From assembly GCA_043812915.1 (NCBI GenBank), contig JBDRLQ010000022.1:1-17367 (forward strand): a DNA stretch of 17,367 nt, in the 5' to 3' direction. Every line of letters starts with the position of its first letter. Position 1 is the first letter of the stretch. This stretch comes from Candidatus Micrarchaeota archaeon. Lineage in GTDB: Archaea > Micrarchaeota > Micrarchaeia > Anstonellales > Bilamarchaeaceae. Below, in pieces: positions 7,703 through 14,676 of the stretch. The notes below the pieces were generated by a model, which was given only the letters and a program-made list of their open reading frames with translations, searched no databases and was not told where the DNA came from. A program made the position numbers and the translations under genes.

Positions 7703-8557
7703 TCAGAACATCCCGGAATAGTGCCCTTCCCAGCCCTCTTCCAGCCCTTTTTTCAACGGCGTGAATCTCATGCCATGGGACTTGAGCTTCTTGTTGCTGC
7801 AGACGAATTCCTCGTTGGCGAACGGGAACTGCATGATGTCGAACCTATCCCCGTCCGCTGCAGGGTTGAATCCGATTATGGGCTCCATGCCAGCAATCCT
7901 GCCCATCTCCCAGACCAGGCCCTGGAGCGTTATCGCCTCATCCCCCGCGCAGTTGAAGCCCCCCTCCAGCCGCTTCTCCGCAAGCAGGACGAACGATTCG
8001 GCAACATCCTTTGCGAACACGAACTGCACCCTCGCCATTCCGTCCCCGGGCAGGATTATCGGAATCCTGCCTTTGAGCCTGGAGTAGATGAATTCCTCCC
8101 TTCCGCAGTAGTCCCCCGGGCCGAGGATATATACCGGCCTGAGGCTGGCGTATTTCACACCGCTCTCTTCCAGAACCCGCTCGCACTCCACCTTGCCCTC
8201 ATTATATTCCCCCCACAATGGCCATGGGCCAAGGGGCGATTCCTCGGTAAGCGGGAACCTGCCGGTTTTCTCGTATGCCGCAGCGGTCCCGAAATGCAGA
8301 AATAAATCGAAATCAAGTCCCTCCAGCGCCATCTTTGTCTGGGCGCCGGCAAACGCACAGGTATCTATCACGACATCGAATCTCCTATCAATGCCAAAGC
8401 CCCTGTCCCTGTCCCCCCGGATGAAATCTATCTCTTTCCTGTAATCCGACTTTATTCTTCCCCTGTTGAACAGTGTGACCCCATGGCCCTTGCCAAGGAG
8501 CCTTTCCACAAGCAGCGGCCCGACAAAGCGGGAGCCTCCGATAATTAGCGCGTCCAT
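7703..8557 (-). CDS. NAD-dependent epimerase/dehydratase family protein (atypical SDR)
   Basis: Rossmann motif LIIGGSRFVG, VTLFNRG, GDR, FDVVIDT, YNEGK (YxxxK), LRPVYILGP, QFVFAKDVA. Confidence 0.9.
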   Translation of the reverse strand: MDALIIGGSRFVGPLLVERLLGKGHGVTLFNRGRIKSDYRKEIDFIRGDRDRGFGIDRRFDVVIDTCAFAGAQTKMALEGLDFDLFLHFGTAAAYEKTGRFPLTEESPLGPWPLWGEYNEGKVECERVLEESGVKYASLRPVYILGPGDYCGREEFIYSRLKGRIPIILPGDGMARVQFVFAKDVAESFVLLAEKRLEGGFNCAGDEAITLQGLVWEMGRIAGMEPIIGFNPAADGDRFDIMQFPFANEEFVCSNKKLKSHGMRFTPLKKGLEEGWEGHYSGMF

Positions 8558-8578
8558 CGATAGTTATCCTGCCATTTT

Positions 8579-8590
8579 GAATTTAAATTC
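8579..8590. promoter_or_regulatory. Palindromic bidirectional TATA element GAATTTAAATTC
   Basis: Perfect 12-bp palindrome whose centre (8584.5) is 27.5 nt from both divergent start codons (8557 and 8612). Confidence 0.65.
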
Positions 8591-8611
8591 TTCTTTCCAT
8601 TACCGGAGCAT

Positions 8612-9394
8612 ATGCCTGAGCCCTATTCCACGCAGACCCTGGAAATCAACGGAAGGACCTTCCGCATCAACCGCATCCTCAGCCAGAACAAGAACGCGAT
8701 TGCAAGGCTTAAGGGGGATACGCTAACAGTCAGCATCCCCTCCAGGTGGTCCAGGGCAGACAAGGAGAAGATTGGCGGCGACCTTGAGAAGAAGGCAATC
8801 CGCGCCATAGAAAAGGGCAAATGGCATGGGGAGGATGACCGGAAGGTCGAGTTCAGGCACGGCCAGCGCCTCAGCGCGATGGGAAAGGAATTCCTGGTGC
8901 TCTTCTTTCCGGGCAAGAAGTTCAGAAGCCGCCTCAACGACCGGATTATCGAGATAACGGTGCCTGATGTCCAAAAAAAGACTGAGCGGGCGTCCACCCT
9001 TGTGCGGAAGGAACTGATAAAGGCCGTAACCCCATCCCTGCGCGAGCGCGTGGAATTCTTCAACAACTGCTTCTTCAATGAGAAAATCCCGAGGATAACC
9101 GTCAGGGACAATGTCTCCCGCTGGGGCAGCCTCGCGCCTGACAACACCATCGCCCTGAGCTTCCGGCTTCTGTTCATGCCCCGGGAGATACTTGATTATG
9201 TAATCGTGCACGAGCTCTCGCACACCAAATACAAGAGCCATGGGGTGCGCTTCTGGGGCACCGTTGGAAAGGTCATCCCTGACCATAAGGCAAAGAGGAA
9301 GTGGCTGCGTGAGAATGGCTGGAGATATCCTGAGAAGAATCCCGGAATCACACAGGGTACAGAATCAGGCTCATTGCAGCTAAAGCTTTTCTGA
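8612..9394 (+). CDS. YgjP/DUF45-like (M48/SprT-type) zinc-dependent hydrolase
   Basis: SRWGS, LSFRLLFMPREILDYVIVHELSH (HExxH), HGVRFWGTVGKVIPDHKAKRKWLR. Confidence 0.92.
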   Translation: MPEPYSTQTLEINGRTFRINRILSQNKNAIARLKGDTLTVSIPSRWSRADKEKIGGDLEKKAIRAIEKGKWHGEDDRKVEFRHGQRLSAMGKEFLVLFFPGKKFRSRLNDRIIEITVPDVQKKTERASTLVRKELIKAVTPSLRERVEFFNNCFFNEKIPRITVRDNVSRWGSLAPDNTIALSFRLLFMPREILDYVIVHELSHTKYKSHGVRFWGTVGKVIPDHKAKRKWLRENGWRYPEKNPGITQGTESGSLQLKLF

Positions 9395-10634
9395 AGCCCT
9401 CCCTTGCCCCCCGGAAGTCCTCCTTAGAGAATGCGCCGACAGCCCTCTCCATGTGCCCCACCACATCTGCCAGGTACGGGTCAGGCTCTCTCTTCAGTTC
9501 GTCGAGGATGAAGCCCGGCTTGTTGGCGTTTATGAAAATGCGCAGGTGGCCGACTTTCTCAACCGCCTTCTTCCTGTCCCTCTCCCGGATGGCTTCCTCA
9601 AGCGCGGAGTAGTGGCCCTTTAGCGGGTCGAACGCCTTCCCCTCGTCATCAACATTCTCGTCATTCCGGGCACCTTTCTCCATCCTGAAAAGGCTCCTTT
9701 TTTCCTGGAGGAATGATAGGATGTCGGATGCCCTTTCCCCCCTCCGGACCATTCCCTCTGCAATCCTGAGGGCCTGCATTTTCGGAAGGTCCAGTTCGCA
9801 GAACTCGTGCACCCTCTCAGGCATATGCGCAAAGCGGCTCAGCTGTGAAAAAAGCCAGATGTCCCGCTTCATCCTCAGCGAGCATTCCCTCTCATGGTTG
9901 TATTCCACGATTCCTGCGATATCGCTGTCCCTCCACTGCCCGAGCCTTGATCTTAGGGCGGTGAACTTTGCGCAGGCGGCCATCAGCTTGAATACCCTCT
10001 CCCCTCCGTCAAGCTCCCTGCATTCTTTGAGCATCCGGACGGTCTCCCAGAGCTTCTCCCTGGCGATTATCCTTTTGACCGCTACCTGCTTCCTGGACAA
10101 TCCGTTCCAGTCGAAGGATGACAGCTTTCGGACAGCATCATCAATATCATCATTGGTGATTCCGGTCTTTTTCGTCGCCAGCGTTACGTTAAGCTCATCC
10201 AGGATTCGCAGCGCTATCTCGGTATTCTCAATCTCCTTCTCATAAGCGCTTCTGATTCCCATAAGAACCCTTGTCGCAATCAGGATGTGGGTGTGAAAAA
10301 AATGCTGCTTCCTCGGGACCATCCCATGCTTAATCAGGCTCTCCAATCCCTGCCTTGTATGGTCTGCAAGCCTCTCCTTGTCCTCCCTCATGAAGCCTAT
10401 CCTGACATACCACCTTCGGACGAACATCCGGAGCCCGACCGGTTCCCTGGCATCCTTAAGCTCCCCCCGGGCGTTCCTTCCTAGGGAAAAGTCCCCGCTC
10501 CTCCTGGAGAGCGCGGAATGGGTATCGCGGGCTTTCAGGAATGCCCGGCCCCTCTCTTCCACCCTTTGATTCTGGACCTGGCTGGTAACCTGGAGAATTC
10601 GTGTCTTAATAGCAGCTGAATCCCTGCCGTTCAT
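9348..10634 (-). CDS. Hypothetical basic alpha-helical protein (428 aa)
   Basis: Long ORF with ATG at 10634 (the track start at 10637 is TTG). TATA-like TTTTAAG about 25 nt upstream. No family motif recognised. Its 3' end overlaps the convergent M48 gene by 47 nt. Confidence 0.75.
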   Translation of the reverse strand: MNGRDSAAIKTRILQVTSQVQNQRVEERGRAFLKARDTHSALSRRSGDFSLGRNARGELKDAREPVGLRMFVRRWYVRIGFMREDKERLADHTRQGLESLIKHGMVPRKQHFFHTHILIATRVLMGIRSAYEKEIENTEIALRILDELNVTLATKKTGITNDDIDDAVRKLSSFDWNGLSRKQVAVKRIIAREKLWETVRMLKECRELDGGERVFKLMAACAKFTALRSRLGQWRDSDIAGIVEYNHERECSLRMKRDIWLFSQLSRFAHMPERVHEFCELDLPKMQALRIAEGMVRRGERASDILSFLQEKRSLFRMEKGARNDENVDDEGKAFDPLKGHYSALEEAIRERDRKKAVEKVGHLRIFINANKPGFILDELKREPDPYLADVVGHMERAVGAFSKEDFRGAREGFRKALAAMSLILYPV

Positions 10635-10678
10635 CAAGAATTATTGAGCGCAGTCTAGCTTAAAACCATTGGGTTCTG

Positions 10679-10786
10679 CTATTTTTCGCCCTCAAGCACG
10701 TCTATGCATCCCCGCCCTATGAAAGTGCCAAGTATTTCGGGGGTCCTCGTCTTCTCAAACAGGGCAGTTCCTTCCATTTCGCTCAT
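10679..10786 (-). CDS. Possible small ORF or gene remnant (35 aa, MSEMEGTALFEKTRTPEILGTFIGRGCIDVLEGEK)
   Basis: The part of track ORF 10679-10876 lying outside the IS. ATG 10786 has a TTTAAA about 22 nt upstream. No recognised homology. Confidence 0.25.
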   Translation of the reverse strand: MSEMEGTALFEKTRTPEILGTFIGRGCIDVLEGEK

Positions 10787-10819
10787 GAAAAACACTCTCT
10801 TCTTTTCTTTAAAATACAA

Positions 10820-10864
10820 TGGCACGGGAAATCCCATGCTTTCAAGTATGGGATGAGAGTGCCA
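10820..10864 (+). repeat. IS left-end hairpin
   Basis: Guide tetranucleotide AAAT (10829-10832), then CCCATGCT-TTCA-AGTATGGG (10833-10852), enclosed by the outer stem TGGCAC/GTGCCA. Confidence 0.85.
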
Positions 10865-10922
10865 CAAAACCATCAATCACAACATTTTTCTCCAATTTCC
10901 GCGGAAATAAGGTATCTCCGTT

Positions 10923-10938
10923 CTTCTTTATAAAGAAG
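10923..10938 (+). promoter_or_regulatory. tnpB promoter: TATA box TTTATAAA inside the perfect palindrome CTTCTTTATAAAGAAG
   Basis: TATA at 10927-10934 ends 22 nt before ATG 10957 (leaderless spacing). Confidence 0.65.
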
Positions 10939-10956
10939 TTCTACAGCACTTTCTTT

Positions 10957-12168
10957 ATGAAGGTGATAAGAGCTTGGAAATACCGTATTTATCCTTCAAA
11001 AATCCAAGAAAGAGAACTATTTGATAGTCTAGAGCAATGTAAGAATCTTTGGAACTCTCTCCTTGATCACACAAAGACATGCTACAAAGAAACTGGCAGG
11101 TTCCCTACAAGAAAGCAACTATATCTTTTGACAAAAGAGACAAGTTTATTCTCTCAGGTTTCCCAAAACGTGGCAGACAGGCTAGTCAAATCCCTCAAGG
11201 GAATGATCTCCAGAAGGAAGGCAGGCAAGAAAGCTGGCTTCCCAAGGTTCAAATCAATTGAAAGAGTGACCTCATTCACTTATCCTCAGTTTGGCTTCAA
11301 ACTTGACAAGAAGCTGCAATTATCCAAGATTGGGAGCCTTGCCATCAAGAAGCATAGGCATATTCAGGGAAAAATCAAGACATTAACAGTGAAGAAAACA
11401 CATTCAGGGAAATGGTTTGCAGTTTTCACTTCTGAACTTGAGAAAACAAAACCAGGGAAAAGCAGGAAGCCAGCAGTTGGCATAGACCTTGGAATAGAGA
11501 CTTTTGCATATCTCAGTGATGGGAAGACTGTTGAGAATCCAAGACACCTGAAACAGGCAGAGCAGAAGCTGGCAGAAAGTCACAGACAATTGTCCAGGAA
11601 GAAGAAAGGCAGCAGGAACAGAAGAAAAGCAAAGCTAAATGTTGCGATAGCCTATGAAAAGCTCACAAACAGAAGAAGGGATTTCCTTCACAAGGCTAGC
11701 AGGGTGCTTGCTGGTAATTATTCTCTTATTGCTATGGAAGACCTCAGGGTTGGCAATATGTCAAAAGGCCTCTTAGCAAAACATGTATTGGACTGCAGTT
11801 GGGCAGAATTCTCTAGTATGCTCAGATACAAAGCGGAAGAAGCTGGTTCTGAAGTAATCCTGGTAAATCCTGCCCATACCACTCAGGAGTGCAGCAGCTG
11901 TGGCCTGATACGGAAGAAAACACTTGCAGAGAGATGGCATGAATGCTCATGTGGGGCATCCATGCATAGGGATTTCAATGCAGCAAGAAATATACTCGCA
12001 AGATGTTGGAAAGCAAAGCTTTCCGACAGGCAGGGAGCGAAGCTCTCTGGAGCTACCTCAGGAATTGGGGGACATCAAGCTTGTGGAGAAGAGACCGCTA
12101 CTCATTACAAACATAATGGGCAAGTATCTTCACTGAAACAAGAAGCCCATGGCTTTAGCCATGGGTAA
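10957..12168 (+). CDS. tnpB: RNA-guided endonuclease TnpB (403 aa)
   Basis: N-terminal RAWKYRIYP HTH region, GFPRFK, RuvC-I VGIDLG, RuvC-II IAMEDL, zinc finger CSSC...CSC, RuvC-III RDFNAARNI; the D-E-D triad is intact. Start re-assigned from 10819, which lies within the left end. Confidence 0.96.
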   Translation: MKVIRAWKYRIYPSKIQERELFDSLEQCKNLWNSLLDHTKTCYKETGRFPTRKQLYLLTKETSLFSQVSQNVADRLVKSLKGMISRRKAGKKAGFPRFKSIERVTSFTYPQFGFKLDKKLQLSKIGSLAIKKHRHIQGKIKTLTVKKTHSGKWFAVFTSELEKTKPGKSRKPAVGIDLGIETFAYLSDGKTVENPRHLKQAEQKLAESHRQLSRKKKGSRNRRKAKLNVAIAYEKLTNRRRDFLHKASRVLAGNYSLIAMEDLRVGNMSKGLLAKHVLDCSWAEFSSMLRYKAEEAGSEVILVNPAHTTQECSSCGLIRKKTLAERWHECSCGASMHRDFNAARNILARCWKAKLSDRQGAKLSGATSGIGGHQACGEETATHYKHNGQVSSLKQEAHGFSHG

Positions 12169-12193
12169 TTCACATATCTATCTGCTCGTACCG
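12004..12193 (+). ncRNA. Predicted TnpB omegaRNA (reRNA): scaffold overlapping the tnpB 3' end and right end, guide from the flank at about 12174-12193
   Basis: Established TnpB architecture. Stem-loops are visible at 12004-12028, 12031-12049, about 12100-12120 (CTCATTA/TAATGGG) and 12146-12165. The 5' boundary is uncertain. Confidence 0.7.
12142..12173 (+). repeat. IS right-end hairpin and cleavage site
   Basis: GAAG-CCCATGGC-TTTA-GCCATGGG-TAAT-TCAC: guide tetranucleotide, perfect stem, terminal TCAC. Confidence 0.9.
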
Positions 12194-12952
12194 GATGCCT
12201 GATGAGCCTGCCAGGTCCTTTATCCTCTCCTTCTGCTTCGCGCTTGCCCCGTCCTTGAGCACCACCACTTTCGTGACCTTTTCCACGTTCCTTTCAACCG
12301 CCTGCCTGAAGATGCCCTCATCAAGGGCGTCAAGGGCGTACTTGGGCGCGATATGCCCTACGGCAAGCCCGGTATCAAGGACCAGCCTTGTGAATTCGCG
12401 CGAATAGTGGCCCCCGCCAACTCCCAATGCAGTCTCAAAGCTCCTGTCTCTTTTCAGGGATTCTGAGACTGCCCTTGCAACCACTGAAAGGGCCTTTTCA
12501 TCAGCCCATTCCGCTTCTGTGCTTCCGACCTCGACGAACATGATTGGAACATCGATCGTCGGCCCGTGGTGGTCGGCCTCCATGAAGAGCGGCCACTGCA
12601 GCTCCTTATTCGCCTTCTGCATCTCCTGCATAAGAATCTTCAGGCGGCTGGCGCAGGCGATATTCAGGGTCCGTGGCTCGCCCCCGAAAGCAGCGTCATT
12701 CCAGTTCCCCGGAAAATGCGCGGTCAGCATCTTCCCCCCTGCCCTGCTCTTGTGCGAGCTTAGCACCAGGATATAATCGGTGTCAAAGCCGGTCGGGACA
12801 TCAAGGACCGAAGGCGCCCCTGTTTCTATCAGCCTGACGCCCTCGCGCTCCCACTCTTTTCCGGACTTCTTCTCGAAGCCGTGCTCTGCGATAAGGGCCC
12901 TTGCTATCCCACTGCTGGCGGTGTTCTTCGAAGTAAAAAGCAATACCGGCAT
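12170..12952 (-). CDS. dtdA: D-aminoacyl-tRNA deacylase, archaeal DTD2/GEK1 type
   Basis: VLSSHKS, MLTAHFPGN, MEADHHGPT, PIMFVEVGSTEAEWAD, GVGGGHYSREFT, AVGHIAPKYA. Confidence 0.95.
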   Translation of the reverse strand: MPVLLFTSKNTASSGIARALIAEHGFEKKSGKEWEREGVRLIETGAPSVLDVPTGFDTDYILVLSSHKSRAGGKMLTAHFPGNWNDAAFGGEPRTLNIACASRLKILMQEMQKANKELQWPLFMEADHHGPTIDVPIMFVEVGSTEAEWADEKALSVVARAVSESLKRDRSFETALGVGGGHYSREFTRLVLDTGLAVGHIAPKYALDALDEGIFRQAVERNVEKVTKVVVLKDGASAKQKERIKDLAGSSGIRYEQIDM

Positions 12953-12996
12953 TCAATCATCCCATGTTTTTTAGGGAAACTCATTTTCCAGGAATG

Positions 12997-13003
12997 TTTT
13001 AAA
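12997..13003 (+). promoter_or_regulatory. TATA-like TTTTAAA in the divergent dtdA / Yip1 intergenic region
   Basis: Ends 22 nt before ATG 13026; near-symmetric context TGTTTTAAACA. Confidence 0.5.
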
Positions 13004-13025
13004 CAGTTGTCTGCCATCTCAAGGC

Positions 13026-13571
13026 ATGGACTTTCAGGAAAATATTGCACGGATTAGGGATAATCTCTGGCTGATTCCGGAAAAGAGGTTCCCGGACCTG
13101 GTCAAGGACAAGGACTATACGACCTCGGCGTTATATCTTATTGTCTGCCTTGTGCTTTCGATTCCATTCATGGTGGCCGCAGATGTCATCGAGGGCATTC
13201 CGCCGATTGACAGCATTCTGGGCATTCCGCTCCTGCTCGTTGCGATGCTGGTTCTTGCCTATATATTTTATGGCATTCAGCACGTTCTCCTCAAGCTGCT
13301 TGGCGGCAAGGCCACTTTCAGGGAATCGGTTCAGGTCTTCATTTATGGGGCAACCATAAACCTGATCCTGGGCCCCCTGCCCTTCATAGGCATAGTGACA
13401 GCGCTTGTCATGCTTGCGAACGTGGTGATAGGTTCGGCTAAAATCCACAAGATATCCCTGCTAAGGGCGATACTCGCCTTGTTGGTAATCCCGATAATCA
13501 TTGTGGTCCTGCTAGCCGTGGTCTTGATGCTCTTCTTGATGCCCGTCGGAGCATCCATTACCCCGATATAA
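13026..13571 (+). CDS. Yip1-family membrane protein
   Basis: About five TM helices; LWLIPEKRF N-terminus, HVLLKLLGGKATFRESVQVFIY, GSAKIHKISLLRAILA. Confidence 0.85.
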   Translation: MDFQENIARIRDNLWLIPEKRFPDLVKDKDYTTSALYLIVCLVLSIPFMVAADVIEGIPPIDSILGIPLLLVAMLVLAYIFYGIQHVLLKLLGGKATFRESVQVFIYGATINLILGPLPFIGIVTALVMLANVVIGSAKIHKISLLRAILALLVIPIIIVVLLAVVLMLFLMPVGASITPI

Positions 13572-13573
13572 AA

Positions 13574-14131
13574 TCAGGCAATCAGAAGGAACACGAGGGT
13601 GCATACGACCGGTATGGTCAGGTTGTCGTCTATCGGGATTTTCAGACTTTCGATTATGGCGGCGGCCAGGGCCACCGGGACTATCGCCGGGCCGACGAAG
13701 TAGTATGCCGGGAGGCTGGTGATGAAGAAAGCCACCATGCCTTCCGCTGTTTTTCTTTTATTGTACGGAAGCCTGATCCTTCCATTTCTCCCTATGATGG
13801 TGGAGAAGCTGTCCCCCACCCCGAGCACGAACAGGCCGGCGGCAATTTCAGGGACTGATTCGAGGGATGCCACGATGATGAGCACCCCGACAGCGAATGC
13901 GGACACCCCCCATCCGGGGAATAACACCTCCTTCCTCTCGAAGGTATTGAGGAACAGCCTCACGAGCCTGTTCTGCCATCCAAGAACGAGCCGGTTGATT
14001 ATCAGCAGCCCGCCAAGAAGCATGAAGAACGTCCCTGCCATAAGCCAGTTCCGCCCCAGCAGGTAGAGAATCGCTATGCCCACGAATCCCAGAATGAGGT
14101 GGAATATCTGCCTTTTTAGCTCCCTATCCAT
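13574..14131 (-). CDS. CTP-dependent polyprenol/diacylglycerol kinase family (SEC59/DGK1/VTE5-like)
   Basis: ELKRQIFHL, GVGDSFSTIIG, KRKTAEG and IESLKIPIDDNLTIP motifs; multi-TM. Confidence 0.88.
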   Translation of the reverse strand: MDRELKRQIFHLILGFVGIAILYLLGRNWLMAGTFFMLLGGLLIINRLVLGWQNRLVRLFLNTFERKEVLFPGWGVSAFAVGVLIIVASLESVPEIAAGLFVLGVGDSFSTIIGRNGRIRLPYNKRKTAEGMVAFFITSLPAYYFVGPAIVPVALAAAIIESLKIPIDDNLTIPVVCTLVFLLIA

Positions 14132-14603
14132 TCTTCCACCTCCTCCAGACTATATCTGCAATGTTGTACGCAAGAAGCCCGACTATCAGCCCGCCTGCAA
14201 CGTCCCTGAAAACATGCACGCCCAGGTGCAGGCGGCTGAAGGCTATGAAAAGAGCGAACAGCATCAGGTAGGGGAACGGCTTCTTGTTAAGGAACGAAAT
14301 CATGAGGATGAACGCCATCGTGCAGTGGATGCTCGGGAACGAATATAGCATCGGGCATATCGCCCCGTCCATCTCGGCGCATGGCCTCTCAACGGCCATG
14401 CCGATATTGACGATTATCCCCATCATGAACGCCAGAACCATGGCAAACAATATCTTCAGCCTCTTCTCATCCCTCCTCTCGAAGAATATCAGAAGCCCCA
14501 GAAGGATAATCAAATAGAAAAACGGATTGTCCAGCACGATGTCTATCTGCGTGAGCGCATCGATATGAATGGAGGTGACCAATCGCGTTATCGCATCGTG
14601 CAT
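14124..14603 (-). CDS. PAP2-family membrane phosphatase
   Basis: ERP, SFPSIH and SRLHLGVHVFRD motifs; 8-nt overlap with the downstream kinase gene; TATA-like TTTTATAG about 22 nt upstream. Confidence 0.88.
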   Translation of the reverse strand: MHDAITRLVTSIHIDALTQIDIVLDNPFFYLIILLGLLIFFERRDEKRLKILFAMVLAFMMGIIVNIGMAVERPCAEMDGAICPMLYSFPSIHCTMAFILMISFLNKKPFPYLMLFALFIAFSRLHLGVHVFRDVAGGLIVGLLAYNIADIVWRRWKNG

Positions 14604-14676
14604 GCTCAGTTCTACCTAATAAATCTATAAAATAGAATGCGATTGGCCCGGGCGCGGACAAATACTCACAAAAAGC

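Larger units (their letters stand above)
10813..12173 (+). mobile_element. IS200/IS605-family element, IS1341-type (tnpB only, no tnpA), 1361 bp, inserted 3' of TTTAA
   Basis: Left-end and right-end subterminal hairpins, terminal TCAC, tnpB ORF, and A-rich composition distinct from the flanks. Joining 10812 to 12174 restores an in-frame dtdA stop. No target-site duplication. Confidence 0.9.

Noticed and set aside
7721..9286. Long antisense ORFs (7721-8305, 8623-9177, 8723-9286) and similar ones elsewhere
   Set aside because: They lie opposite well-supported genes and are expected from codon bias in GC-rich coding DNA.
10787..10956. Track start of TnpB at 10819, and the 5' half of ORF 10679-10876 as a tnpA remnant
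   Set aside because: Both run through the left-end hairpin. There is no HUH or Y1 motif, and TnpB homology starts at Met 10957.
10813..12173. Cas12f/CRISPR locus, catalytically dead TldR, or IStron
   Set aside because: No repeat-spacer array or cas genes; the RuvC triad is intact; both IS ends are present; the left end is too short for a group I intron and the host gene is antisense.
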